A DNA stretch of 64,000 nucleotides from positions 128,001 to 192,000 of the forward strand of contig JANZKC010000001.1 of the NCBI GenBank assembly GCA_025061115.1, in the 5' to 3' direction. Of this stretch, positions 20,335 to 30,888 are shown piece by piece. This stretch comes from Candidatus Culexmicrobium cathedralense (GTDB lineage Archaea; Thermoproteota; Methanomethylicia; Culexarchaeales; Culexmicrobiaceae). The notes below the pieces were generated by a model. It was not told the origin of the DNA and ran no database searches. It was given only the letters and a program-made list of their open reading frames with translations. The translations under genes and the position numbers were made by a program. Within the stretch, counting starts at the first letter, position 1, and the number at the start of each line of letters is the position of its first letter.

Positions 20335-21861
20335 TTATGATTTTAGGCCTTTAATTAGCATAAGCGCATCAGCCAAGTATGGCTCTAAGAATATTAGAAT
20401 GATAAGCCTCACAACATCCGATACCATTCCAACTTTGAACATGCTCCACAGCCTAACATATCCAGACCCGTAAACTATGGCCATTGGCGGAGTTGTGCTT
20501 GGAAGAGCACTAGATATCGATGAGGCCAATGCAGCTGAAATTATTGCTGGCATAGGATTTAGTCCAGCTCCCTTAGCTAGGGCAGCAGCTAATGGACAAG
20601 CTATCAGCGAAGACGCAGTGTTCGAAGCTGGATAAGTTATTAGAAAGCCGAGAAAAGCGCTTATAGCCGAAATTGCCCAGGGGTTTTTAGCCCACTCTCC
20701 ACCGATGTGGGTAACTATCAAAGCTAACCACTCGGAGAAGCCGCTATTTTGAAGGGCAGCCCCCATCACTATTCCACCGCCAAAGAGGAATATCACGTTC
20801 CAGTCAATGCTGGTCTCAATTTCATCCCAAGTCAATAGAGGGCGATCGCCAACTCTAATGAAGCCTAAAAGAAAAATTGCAAGAACAGCTGGAAGAACCT
20901 CAGGAATATAAGTTTTAGCAAGATTTGCCAAAGGCTCATATTCAGACCAAATGTTTGAAAACACCAATAAAAGGCCTGGAAGCATCCAAAGCAATAATGT
21001 TAAGATAAATATCATTGTAACCAGCTTCTCTTCAAGCTTCATGGATCCCAGAGACCTCATCTTCTCCTTAATAAGAGACTCATCTATATCTATCTCCTTA
21101 ACCTCAATTTTGATTAAAGTGAAAGTTGCAATCCAAGTAATAATAAGGCCAATAAATGCATGCAAACTTCCAACAATAAACCAGTCAAAAAAAGTTAAGT
21201 TTACGCCAGGCAAATATTCTTCAACAACTCTTTTGGCAATCAAGTTTGGAGGAGTGCTTATTAGCAAGAACATTGCGCCGGCAGTTGCAGCTTGACCTAA
21301 TGCGAGCATGGTGGCTTCAGCGAATCTGCTGTCCCGACTGAAACCCATTGTTGATAGGTATGCAAGCACAATTGGATACATAAGCGAAGTCGATGCAGTT
21401 ATTGAGCCTGTAATAGTTAAGGCGAAAACTGGGAGGCAAGCTATGAAGAAGGCGCTAAGCATTGGATTTCCACCCTTATAAATGGTTGAAAGCTTAAAGG
21501 CAATTCTTTTATCCAACCCCCACGCTTGAAAAGCCCTAGCTAAAACGAATCCACCCATGAAAATCCATATAATTGGATCCATAAATGATCGAAGAGCAGA
21601 CTTCCAAGAAATAAGGTTAAGCGAGGAAAAAAGCATTGGAGCTATAAGCGCTGAAAGGCCTAAAGGGATAACCTCGGTAACCCACCAATATGCAATCCAA
21701 AGAAGAACTCCAAGCGCAACTTGAGGAGCATTACTAAAAGGTGCATCAGCAAGGACTGCAGCTTCCCTCACATATGGTAGGGGAGGCAGTAGCAGTAAAG
21801 CTATGAATATGACTGGACCTAAAGCCAGCTTGACTGCGTTTTTGAGCGCACCGCTCAACAT
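20335..21861 (-). CDS. DASS/SLC13 sodium:anion (di/tricarboxylate or sulfate) symporter
   Basis: WWVTEVIP, TPPN, LFGGG, SNTAS and TPPMAIVYG motifs; many TM helices. Confidence 0.88.
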   Translation of the reverse strand: MLSGALKNAVKLALGPVIFIALLLLPPLPYVREAAVLADAPFSNAPQVALGVLLWIAYWWVTEVIPLGLSALIAPMLFSSLNLISWKSALRSFMDPIIWIFMGGFVLARAFQAWGLDKRIAFKLSTIYKGGNPMLSAFFIACLPVFALTITGSITASTSLMYPIVLAYLSTMGFSRDSRFAEATMLALGQAATAGAMFLLISTPPNLIAKRVVEEYLPGVNLTFFDWFIVGSLHAFIGLIITWIATFTLIKIEVKEIDIDESLIKEKMRSLGSMKLEEKLVTMIFILTLLLWMLPGLLLVFSNIWSEYEPLANLAKTYIPEVLPAVLAIFLLGFIRVGDRPLLTWDEIETSIDWNVIFLFGGGIVMGAALQNSGFSEWLALIVTHIGGEWAKNPWAISAISAFLGFLITYPASNTASSLIACPLAAALAKGAGLNPMPAIISAALASSISSALPSTTPPMAIVYGSGYVRLWSMFKVGMVSDVVRLIILIFLEPYLADALMLIKGLKS

Positions 21862-22089
21862 TATGCCGCCTCACCACTTTTTACAAATGTAAAGGAATAT
21901 AAAAAGATGACCCACAAAGGCTCTCTCAAATCATCACAAATAAGACCTCTTAAAATTTATTCAATAAATTTAAATTTTCATAGATATTAATTTATAAATG
22001 AAATTATTGTAATATAAAATTATTTTAATAAAACATTTCTAGCAAAATATTTATATATTTGATTTAATAAATTAATTATAGGTGTTTTT

Positions 22090-22350
22090 ATGATAAAAGT
22101 TGTAAAGAGAAATGGTAGAGTAGAAGAATTCGCCAGGGAGAAAATCACGGTTTCATGCTTAAAAGCTGGAGCTGACATTGAAACTGCTAGAGAAATAGCT
22201 AGAAGAATTGAAGAAGAATTAATTAAGAAGGAAAGAATAAGCACAAATGAATTGCGATCCAAAGTCTTGGAAATGCTAAAAGAGAAGAACCCAAAGTGGC
22301 ATGAAAATTGGTTAGTGTATGATAGAGCTGTTAAAAAAAGGACAACCTAA
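22090..22350 (+). CDS. Stand-alone ATP-cone domain protein
   Basis: VVKRNGRVEEF..EKI ATP-cone signature, 86 aa. Confidence 0.85.
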   Translation: MIKVVKRNGRVEEFAREKITVSCLKAGADIETAREIARRIEEELIKKERISTNELRSKVLEMLKEKNPKWHENWLVYDRAVKKRTT

Positions 22351-22502
22351 ACCCCCATTTTTATCAAGCAGTTTACCTTCACCATGAACCCAATACAATA
22401 TTCGAAATCACTTCCACTTTAATCAAAACAACCCATTAAAGTTGAAGCTCAACAATCAATGTTATAAGGCAATTGGCATGCAATTTATGTCGGTGACAAA
22501 TT

Positions 22503-23633
22503 ATGAACTTTGAAATGTACAGAGAGGAATTTCCAATAGTGAATGAATACATCTATTTAAATCATGCAGCCCACTCACCAGCCTCAAAAAGGGTAGTTGA
22601 AGCAATTAAAGAATGCTTGGAAACACTAAAAAGCAAGGGAGAATACTCCATAAACGCTAGAGAAACTAAAAGAGCATTTGCAAAATTAATAAATGCAAGT
22701 AACGATGAAATAGCACTCATCACAAACACGTCTCAAGGACTAAATATTATAGCCAACATGCTTAATTTCGCTCCAGGCACAAATGTAGTGATAAACGACA
22801 TGGAATACCCTTCAAACACATATCCATGGATCAAGCTTAAAACCAAAGGCGTTGAAGTTAGGTTTGTTAAAAATGAAAATGGCATTATACCACTAGAAGC
22901 TTATGAAAAGGCAATTGACGATAAAACTGTAGCCGTAGCTGTAAGCCATGTAAAGTGGATAAATGGATTCAAGCACAACTTAAAGGAACTTGCGGAAATA
23001 GCGCACAACCACGGAGCCTACTTGGTTGTTGACGCAGTTCAATCAGCTGGAGCAATGAAAATCGACGTGAAGAAAATGGATATAGATTTCCTAGCTTGCG
23101 GATGCTATAAATGGCTTTTAGGTCCAACTGGAGCAGGGTACCTATACATTAAAAGCGACCTAATAGGCGAGTTTACTCCACCATTCGTTGGCTGGGCAAG
23201 CGTGAAATACCAAGAAGACCCGCTGACATTCAACATACACGAAATCCACTGGAGGGAAAATGCTAGCAAATTTGAAATTGGATCAATGAGCCACCTCAGC
23301 TACGCTGGAGCTCAAGCAGCCATAGAGCTAATTCTCGAAGTAGGAATTGAAAATATTGAAAAAAGAATTTTGCAACTAACCAAGCACCTAATTGACAGAT
23401 TAATGGAAGCTGGATATGAAGTTCAAAGCCCACTAGAAGATGAATATAGATCGGGAATAGTAAACTTCAAAGTTGAAAATGGATATGAAGTGCAAAAGAA
23501 GCTCGCAGAAAGCAAGATAATAACCTCCTTTAGAGGTGGAGGAATTAGAGTGTCACCGCACTTCTACAACACTAGGAACGAAATTGACATGCTTTTAGAA
23601 AAAGTTAATGAAATCTCTAAGATCAAAAAGTAA
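22503..23633 (+). CDS. Class V PLP-dependent enzyme (cysteine desulfurase fold, no catalytic Cys loop)
   Basis: YLNHAA, DAVQSAG, YKWLLGP (PLP Lys), IRVSPHFYNT. Confidence 0.88.
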   Translation: MNFEMYREEFPIVNEYIYLNHAAHSPASKRVVEAIKECLETLKSKGEYSINARETKRAFAKLINASNDEIALITNTSQGLNIIANMLNFAPGTNVVINDMEYPSNTYPWIKLKTKGVEVRFVKNENGIIPLEAYEKAIDDKTVAVAVSHVKWINGFKHNLKELAEIAHNHGAYLVVDAVQSAGAMKIDVKKMDIDFLACGCYKWLLGPTGAGYLYIKSDLIGEFTPPFVGWASVKYQEDPLTFNIHEIHWRENASKFEIGSMSHLSYAGAQAAIELILEVGIENIEKRILQLTKHLIDRLMEAGYEVQSPLEDEYRSGIVNFKVENGYEVQKKLAESKIITSFRGGGIRVSPHFYNTRNEIDMLLEKVNEISKIKK

Positions 23634-23764
23634 GTCAACATCGTCAAAGGACGTTGGATTTAAATTAACCCATCCTTTTTAATGTAATCTAAATGAATAA
23701 TGGTGAGCATCAACTTTATTTACAAAAAATTACACATACTAAATAATTCACGGGAGGATTTATT

Positions 23765-25207
23765 ATGGAAGATCTAGCTCGAAAAGCCATTGAAACGGCA
23801 CTTTCTGCTGGAGCCACCTACGCAGACATAAGAATTGTAGAGCAGAAATGGGAAAACATCACAACAAGAAACGCTAAAGTCAGAGTAGTAGATGCGGGCA
23901 GCAGCATGGGATTTGGAGTGAGAGCCATAGCAGATGGAGCTTGGGGATTTGCAAGCCACTACGAACTAACGCCAACAGAAGTGGTTAAGGTGGCTCTAAA
24001 AGCCGTTGAAATTGCAAGGGCAAGCGCTAAGGTAAAGAAGAAGGATGTCAAGCTAGCTCCAGTTAAGCCTGTAAGGGACACGTATAAAACGCCCATAATT
24101 AAAGATCCGTTCAAAGTGCCCCTTGAAGATAAAATTGAACTTCTAACTGAAAGCGACAAGAGAATTCTATCAAAGGGAGAACTAATTAAAGTTGCAACTT
24201 CAAGCATGAGAATATACAGGGAAAATAAGATTTTCTCAAGCAGTGAAGGAGCATTCATAACACAAGAAATAACATGGTGCGGAGTAACAACGAGAGCAGT
24301 AGCTGTGGGCTATGGAGAAGTTCAGGATAGATCATATGATGGAAGAAACTTCAACACTGGAGGATACGAGATAATAGAAGAGGTTAACCTGCCTGAAAAG
24401 GCGGAGAAAAGCGGTGAAGAAGCAATAGCTTTGTTGACGGCTAAGAACTGCCCAACCATGATAACCGACCTGATAATTGGAGGAAGTCAACTGGCCCTCC
24501 AAATTCACGAATCATGCGGACACCCAACAGAGCTTGACAGAGTACTAGGTACAGAGGCAAGCTATGCTGGCACAAGCTTCCTAACCCCCGAAAAGCTCGG
24601 GAAATTTAGGTATGGCAGCGATAAAGTTACTATTGTAGCCGATGCAACTGCGCCTAGAGGATTAGGGACATTTGGATACGACGATGAAGGAGTTCCAGCC
24701 CAAAAAGTCTACTTAGTTAAAGAAGGAATATTCGTCGGCTACTTGACGGATAGAGCGTCTGCAGCTGAGCTCGGATTACCATCAAGCACGGGAGCAGCCA
24801 GAGCATCAAGCTGGAACAGAATACCCCTAGTAAGAATGACTAACATAAATTTAGAGCCAGGAGACTGGGACTTCGAAGAGCTAATTCAAGAAACAAAGAA
24901 AGGAGTATATGTTGAAACAAATAGGAGCTGGAGCATAGACGACAAAAGATTAAACTTCCAATTCGGAACTCAAATAGCATATTTAATTGAAAATGGAGAG
25001 TTTAAGGAACTTCTCAAAAACGCAATTTACACTGGAATAACGCCTGAATTCTGGCGTTCATGCGATGCAGTTTGCAATGAAAAATACTGGACAATGTGGG
25101 GGACGCCAGGCTGCGGCAAGGGTGAGCCAGGACAAGTAATGTATGTGGGCCACGGAACAGCTCCAGCAAGATTTAAGAATATTAGGGTAGGTGTTGGGAA
25201 ATGGTGA
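23765..25207 (+). CDS. tldD: TldD metalloprotease subunit
   Basis: HESCGHPTELDR, YDDEG, RMTN, CGKG. Confidence 0.92.
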   Translation: MEDLARKAIETALSAGATYADIRIVEQKWENITTRNAKVRVVDAGSSMGFGVRAIADGAWGFASHYELTPTEVVKVALKAVEIARASAKVKKKDVKLAPVKPVRDTYKTPIIKDPFKVPLEDKIELLTESDKRILSKGELIKVATSSMRIYRENKIFSSSEGAFITQEITWCGVTTRAVAVGYGEVQDRSYDGRNFNTGGYEIIEEVNLPEKAEKSGEEAIALLTAKNCPTMITDLIIGGSQLALQIHESCGHPTELDRVLGTEASYAGTSFLTPEKLGKFRYGSDKVTIVADATAPRGLGTFGYDDEGVPAQKVYLVKEGIFVGYLTDRASAAELGLPSSTGAARASSWNRIPLVRMTNINLEPGDWDFEELIQETKKGVYVETNRSWSIDDKRLNFQFGTQIAYLIENGEFKELLKNAIYTGITPEFWRSCDAVCNEKYWTMWGTPGCGKGEPGQVMYVGHGTAPARFKNIRVGVGKW

Positions 25208-26574
25208 TGGGTAAAGAAACATGCTTAGAAATAGCCAATAGAATTATAAATGAAGCATTAAAGCTCGGTGCAACCCAAGCTGAAGCAAGAGTGATGAGCT
25301 TCACGAGCTACTTAACTCGATTCGCAAATTCAATTATACATCAAAACGTTGGAGAAACCAACGTAACCCTCACATTAAGATTCATTCTCGGAAAGAGAAT
25401 AAGCGTAGTAAGTTCAAATGAAACTGGGCTGGAAGCAATAAGGAAGCTTGCCGAAAAAGGATTTAAAACAGCTAAAGTTCAAGAAGAAAATCCAGAATTC
25501 GTAAGCTTGCCAGAGCCCGAGCCGATCCCAGAGCTACCAGGACTATACATTAAGGAAACAGCCGAATGCACGCCGCTCATGAGAGCCGAAATGGTAAAAG
25601 AGCTAATAGACGAAGCACACTCCCTATCACCAAAAGTCGATAGCGTGGCAGGAGCACTATCAACAGCATCATATGAATTGGCAGTAGCTAACTCTCTAGG
25701 AATAAGCGCATACACGATGTCAACAGTCGCATCACTGAATACAAACGTAATCTCAAAGGACAATGGAGTTGAAGGATTCGGATATGCAGCAGACGTCTCA
25801 AGAAACGTCAAAGAAATAAATCCAAGAGAGGTAGGTAAAGAAGCAGCTGAAAGATCGGTGAAAAGCCTATGGGCCAAAAAGGCAGAGCCAGGAGAATACG
25901 AAGTAATCTTAGAGCCATATGCAGTTTCAACAGCACTACTATACACCGGCTATGTAGGCTTAAATGCCCAAGCAGTACAGGATGGAACAAGCTTCATGCT
26001 AGACCTAATGAACAAAGAAGCATTCAACAGACAATTAACAATATGGGATGACGGAAGAGACCTAAATGGATTAGCATTCCCATTCGATTTCGAGGGAGTG
26101 CCAAAGAAAAAGGTGGTTATGATTGAAAATGGAGTGCCAAAGGCAGTAGTTTACGACTCATACACGGCCCATAAAGAAGGAAAGAAGTCAACCGGACATG
26201 CAGGAAGATTCGGACCAATACCAGCCCACATGTTCATGAAGCCAGGAGACGCAACCAAAGACGAAATGATTAAAGAAACTAAGCGAGGACTATTAGTAAC
26301 AAGATTCCACTACGTGAGAACAGTTCACCCAAGAAAACTCGTCCTAACAGGAATGACTAGAGATGGAACATGGCTAATAGAAAATGGAGAAATAAAATAT
26401 CCAGTTAAAAATCTAAGATTCACCGAAAGCATGCTCAGAACATACGCCAACATAGAAATGATAGGTAAAACGGTGAAAAGAACAAGGATTGGAAGGTGGT
26501 TTGGCCAAGGAAGCATAGTAGTACCAGCATTAAAAATAAGCAAATTTACATTCACAGGAACAACAGAATACTAA
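25201..26574 (+). CDS. pmbA: PmbA (TldE)-type subunit
   Basis: TRFANSIIHQN, FDFEGVP, STGHA, TGMTRDG; overlaps tldD. Confidence 0.9.
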   Translation: MVMGKETCLEIANRIINEALKLGATQAEARVMSFTSYLTRFANSIIHQNVGETNVTLTLRFILGKRISVVSSNETGLEAIRKLAEKGFKTAKVQEENPEFVSLPEPEPIPELPGLYIKETAECTPLMRAEMVKELIDEAHSLSPKVDSVAGALSTASYELAVANSLGISAYTMSTVASLNTNVISKDNGVEGFGYAADVSRNVKEINPREVGKEAAERSVKSLWAKKAEPGEYEVILEPYAVSTALLYTGYVGLNAQAVQDGTSFMLDLMNKEAFNRQLTIWDDGRDLNGLAFPFDFEGVPKKKVVMIENGVPKAVVYDSYTAHKEGKKSTGHAGRFGPIPAHMFMKPGDATKDEMIKETKRGLLVTRFHYVRTVHPRKLVLTGMTRDGTWLIENGEIKYPVKNLRFTESMLRTYANIEMIGKTVKRTRIGRWFGQGSIVVPALKISKFTFTGTTEY

Positions 26575-26639
26575 AACTCATTCCATTTTATTTATTATTT
26601 TAAATGTAAATTGAATTTAAAGTCTAAATAATAATTCAA

Positions 26640-27431
26640 TTAGCGCTGAGAAAACGCAGGTTTTAAGCGGAACTCGCAGCAATCATCTCCTCTAGCAATA
26701 CATGAAACCTCATTAGCCATAAGATGTAAGCCATAAACCTTCGAAATAAATCCTGAAAGTAATCCGCGCATAAATTGGCTGTTCTGCTTTTCGCGCTTAA
26801 CATATCTACACTCAACTAGGTCAAATAGCCTAATTGTAATTTGCTTGGCATTCCAATCAAAATCAGAAAGTTCCCAATCCCTCCACCAGCCATAGCTTCT
26901 ACCTAAAATCAAACCAAATTTAATCAATTCCAAACCTCTCAGCTTCGAACACTTACTAAGTATTTCATATGATTCATATCCAGCCATTTCACCAATATAA
27001 TAAAGCACAACTTCTCCAGCCGAACCCCACTTATCCTTTAATGAATTAAGTATATTCGAAAAGTGAAGGGCCCTAAGAATAACCACCTGAACTTTACCCA
27101 TCATTGGAGGATAAACGCCTGAATATATCCCCAATCCTCTAAACGGAGACTTATAAATTTCAAAATTTAAAATATCTTGGCTATCAGCGATATTTTTAAT
27201 TAAAGTATTAATAGAAATGGCACTCATGGAAGTATCGATTAAGCCTCTGACATCTATATAACTACCACCCTTAACATCAACATCCATATGAATTATTCTG
27301 CAACCGAGCGCCTCAGCTTTCCTAATAAAATCATCTAAAATCCTCATGCACTTAACTTTAATGTAAAACTCCCAAAAAACACTACCATCAGATCGCATTA
27401 AAGGCAATATTTTCACTGGCCTCAAGCGCAT
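26640..27431 (-). CDS. V4R (4-vinyl reductase) domain protein with an ACT-like N-terminal region
   Basis: C-terminal RGLLSG...EVSCIARGDDCCEF V4R signature. Confidence 0.8.
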   Translation of the reverse strand: MRLRPVKILPLMRSDGSVFWEFYIKVKCMRILDDFIRKAEALGCRIIHMDVDVKGGSYIDVRGLIDTSMSAISINTLIKNIADSQDILNFEIYKSPFRGLGIYSGVYPPMMGKVQVVILRALHFSNILNSLKDKWGSAGEVVLYYIGEMAGYESYEILSKCSKLRGLELIKFGLILGRSYGWWRDWELSDFDWNAKQITIRLFDLVECRYVKREKQNSQFMRGLLSGFISKVYGLHLMANEVSCIARGDDCCEFRLKPAFSQR

Positions 27432-27465
27432 AGCTTAGCAACTCCTATTGCGTACGAAAAGTATA

Positions 27466-27525
27466 TATTTATATCAAAAATTAGATAATAAATTCAATAT
27501 TTAAATTTTATCGCTGATATAAATA
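27466..27525. promoter_or_regulatory. Divergent promoter pair with mirrored TATA elements
   Basis: TATTTATATCA (27466-27476) is the exact reverse complement of TGATATAAATA (27515-27525); each lies about 30-35 nt upstream of one of the two divergent ORFs. Confidence 0.55.
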
Positions 27526-27556
27526 CTTATTTCAATTTTAGAAAAAATAGTAAAAT

Positions 27557-27877
27557 GTGGGGAGCTTGAAGCTGAACATATTTCAGCTTCTAGCATTAAA
27601 GGGAACGACAAAAATCATATTGGCATTATCAAGAGGAAGCGAATTAACTTATTCACAACTAGTATCGCTGGTTGGACAACCAGCAACGACAAGTAGAGCG
27701 CTCAAATTATTGACAGACCTAAATCTTGTTAAGAGAAGAGTAGTAGATGCAAAGTATAGGCCGGTAATGTATTCGCTAACAGATATAGGCATAGAACTTG
27801 CAGACTTAATTGAAAAACTAATAACTTTTGAGGAAGAGAACTTAAAGAATCGAAACAAATACACCAACCGCAATTAA
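27557..27877 (+). CDS. HxlR/MarR-like winged-helix transcriptional regulator
   Basis: SRALKLL...LVKRRV....PVMYSLTDIG wing motif, 106 aa. Confidence 0.85.
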   Translation: MGSLKLNIFQLLALKGTTKIILALSRGSELTYSQLVSLVGQPATTSRALKLLTDLNLVKRRVVDAKYRPVMYSLTDIGIELADLIEKLITFEEENLKNRNKYTNRN

Positions 27878-27909
27878 ATCACTACAGACAACGCAAAAAC
27901 TCAAAATAA

Positions 27910-30888
27910 TTACAACCTATTTAAATCTAACTCTAAAATTAGGCTTCTAACCAGCTTTGCAGCATCATCGGCATGCTTCTCAGGCTTCAATCCGTAAGCT
28001 CTCACTCTTAGCAGAGCAATGCACCTATCATCCTCAACCTTAACTTCAAGAAAACACCTTGCAACATGCCTTGACATTCCAGCTCCAGCATCATATATAA
28101 AGACAAGCCTGTTAATTTTAGCCTCCTCACTCCCCAATACTTCAAGCGAAACAACTCTAACACGGATTTCCTGCAATTTAGGATAATGTTCAAGCTTAAC
28201 TTTAATTGATTCAATGAATCTACGAGCTAAATTAGGACTTAACTTCACCGGTAAGAAGTAAACCCACTCAAAAACATCCTTCGAAGGTTCAACATCCGGT
28301 TTTATCCTCCAGATTTTCGATGGAACAACTATTAAAGCTGACCTTAAAGTTACAGCGGAACCAATGAAAATACTTAGAAATCCAAGTAGAAGTGATAGAA
28401 TGGTCCACATAAAAGATATTTTAGGCCTAACATCTACTGGATTTAATATTAGTAGTTTATAAAATCCTAGGCCAACAACATATCCAATTGCGCCTCCAAT
28501 CATGCCAAGAATTGCTGCCTCCAGAACAAATATTTTGAATAAATTTAAGGGCGATGCACCTATAGCGGATAGCGTGAGTGTTTCACGCCTCCTCTCATGA
28601 AGTGCAGTCATCGAAGTTATAATTGAATTTAGGACTATCAATCCAATGGCAATATATGTTTCAAATCCTTTAGCTTCAACTAACTCCATCAAAATGAAAT
28701 TGCAGGCTTTACCCATATCCACAGCTGTCGAAATATACCCTTCACGTTGAACGGCGATCCCCCTAGCATAGGCTTGAAGCTCATCCCATGAACAATTCAT
28801 ATAGACGAAAACTCTCGTAGGCTTAATGCCGAATTTATCAATATCTCTCCATGAAATCAGAATAACGCTCAAAGGCTTGCAAACCTTACTTTCATAAATA
28901 ATTAGCCCAGTCTCCTTTTCAATTATTTTAACCCTTAAACAGTAAGGCAGAAAAGGCCTGCCACTAATTTCACGCATATTTTGAATACGTTCATCGTCAA
29001 GTATTCCAACAACTTTCAACTCTAAAATCTGATATGGACTTTGAAATCTAACATTATCGCCAACCCAGACATCAAGGGATTCAGAGGCACTGAGACTAAT
29101 TGCAACTTCACCTTCACCAAACGGAAGCCTACCAGCAATTAAGCATGAATTCAATCTAATGGCCATAGGATCAATTGGACTTGAAAAACTTATAACATTC
29201 ATAACTGGAATTAGGCCCTTAAAGCCAACTGTCGATAAGATAAATCCAATTGAATGCAATCGAGCAACATCCTCAGCCCTATAAGTAATGTAGCTAACCT
29301 CACCAGTCAAATTTAAAACGCTTAAAATTGAAAGATCAACTGGAAGTCCATGAGAAACTTCATCAAAAGCATACCTCTCAAAACTGATTCCACGCACTTT
29401 AAAATCACAATAATATTCACCGACAGAAATTTTCCGCTCAATAGCAAAGGATGTAAAGGCAATTGACGCCGCAACAAACAGAACGACTGAAAGCAACATA
29501 GCAGAAGAACGTAATCTCCGCCTCCTCAAATTCCTCTTAGCAAGGGAAGTAATCTCACCAAAATTCTCCATCACTCTAAACGAAAATACATTGTATTTCA
29601 AGAATATATTGTAGGTTAAATAGAGCAAAAAAGCAAGCATGGAAATGGCGTAAGTCAATATCGGATTAACCGAGATAAATCCTGGAGAGAACATTAATAG
29701 AATGAAGTAAAAGAAATGAACGAAAATACAGGAGAGAAGCACCTTTAACTTAAAATTTTCAGTGACAAAATAACTTAAAGCAATTGAACTTAATGAAATG
29801 AAAATAGAAAGTAACAACGAAGACCTATAAGCCTCAAACCTAGCCCACCTCAAGTAGCCAAGAACGTTTATTAAGTAAAGCTTAGCCTCCTTGAGCAAAC
29901 TATAACACGAAGCATAATCTCCAACATTTAAAGCTGAAGAAGCATCATTCAATATCAATTCAACCTTATCTATTTCCTTCTCAAGAAAAGCCACATAGAA
30001 ATTTTCAAATCTAGCTCTAGCAACATCCCTACGAACAGGGTCAACTAAGCTAGAGACATAAATTAATGAAGTTTTAAGAGAAGCCTCAGTTAATGAAACA
30101 TTGAAAACTTCACCAAACCCAAATGAAGTAGGTTCATCAAAAAGATATATTGAAACAACATTTTGCTTACCTAAATAAAACCTATAAAATCTAATCAGAA
30201 AGTACGCATCAACCAAAATATTAATTTCAACGTCCGCAGGAACAACAATGACGTTGCTACTTATATTAAACATGCTAAACACAAATTTAAGCGTAGGATC
30301 CAACGTACCTCCATAAACACATATAGAGCCATTATGTTCAAACCTCAAGCCATTAGAATCAACCACAGTAAACCTTACAGCATGAGCAGGCTCACTAAAA
30401 TTCACATGTAGAAAAATGCCTGAACAAACAATTGTTGCAGCCCTATTAAGTAAAAAAGAAACAGTATACGAGCGCTGGGAATTTTCACTATTAATAATAA
30501 GAGGATACTTGGATGGAACGTAATCTACGCAAGGTGAAGATGAATTATCATAATATGCATAAAGCTCTATCAGCTCAAATGGCTTAGAAAATCTGACACT
30601 GAAATTCAATGCATATTCACCACCAGGACCAGTCCAGCACTCAGCTAGAAGCGTGGAACCATAAACCGCAAAAACTCTAGCTCCACTAATGCCAAATAAT
30701 TCATCTGCATCCAAAACCTTTCCGGAAACAAAGATATTAACCTCCTCAGCTGCAAAGCAAATAGCATTCGAAGTAAAAAGTAAAAATGAAAATGCGAGGA
30801 TGCAGCCAAACAAGATTAAACTTTTATTTTTAATCATCATTCTAAAAATACTTACATAAAAATCAGTATTATAAATTTTAACTTCCAA
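27910..30888 (-). CDS. Large MacB/FtsX-type ABC permease with extracellular N-terminal domain
   Basis: Signal-like N-terminus, LAKRNLRRRRLRS, AGRLP, ERRRETLTLSAIGA, EAAILG FtsX motifs. Confidence 0.8.
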   Translation of the reverse strand: MEVKIYNTDFYVSIFRMMIKNKSLILFGCILAFSFLLFTSNAICFAAEEVNIFVSGKVLDADELFGISGARVFAVYGSTLLAECWTGPGGEYALNFSVRFSKPFELIELYAYYDNSSSPCVDYVPSKYPLIINSENSQRSYTVSFLLNRAATIVCSGIFLHVNFSEPAHAVRFTVVDSNGLRFEHNGSICVYGGTLDPTLKFVFSMFNISSNVIVVPADVEINILVDAYFLIRFYRFYLGKQNVVSIYLFDEPTSFGFGEVFNVSLTEASLKTSLIYVSSLVDPVRRDVARARFENFYVAFLEKEIDKVELILNDASSALNVGDYASCYSLLKEAKLYLINVLGYLRWARFEAYRSSLLLSIFISLSSIALSYFVTENFKLKVLLSCIFVHFFYFILLMFSPGFISVNPILTYAISMLAFLLYLTYNIFLKYNVFSFRVMENFGEITSLAKRNLRRRRLRSSAMLLSVVLFVAASIAFTSFAIERKISVGEYYCDFKVRGISFERYAFDEVSHGLPVDLSILSVLNLTGEVSYITYRAEDVARLHSIGFILSTVGFKGLIPVMNVISFSSPIDPMAIRLNSCLIAGRLPFGEGEVAISLSASESLDVWVGDNVRFQSPYQILELKVVGILDDERIQNMREISGRPFLPYCLRVKIIEKETGLIIYESKVCKPLSVILISWRDIDKFGIKPTRVFVYMNCSWDELQAYARGIAVQREGYISTAVDMGKACNFILMELVEAKGFETYIAIGLIVLNSIITSMTALHERRRETLTLSAIGASPLNLFKIFVLEAAILGMIGGAIGYVVGLGFYKLLILNPVDVRPKISFMWTILSLLLGFLSIFIGSAVTLRSALIVVPSKIWRIKPDVEPSKDVFEWVYFLPVKLSPNLARRFIESIKVKLEHYPKLQEIRVRVVSLEVLGSEEAKINRLVFIYDAGAGMSRHVARCFLEVKVEDDRCIALLRVRAYGLKPEKHADDAAKLVRSLILELDLNRL

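Noticed and set aside
22503-23633. Annotating this ORF as cysteine desulfurase sufS/iscS
   Set aside because: The catalytic Cys loop is absent
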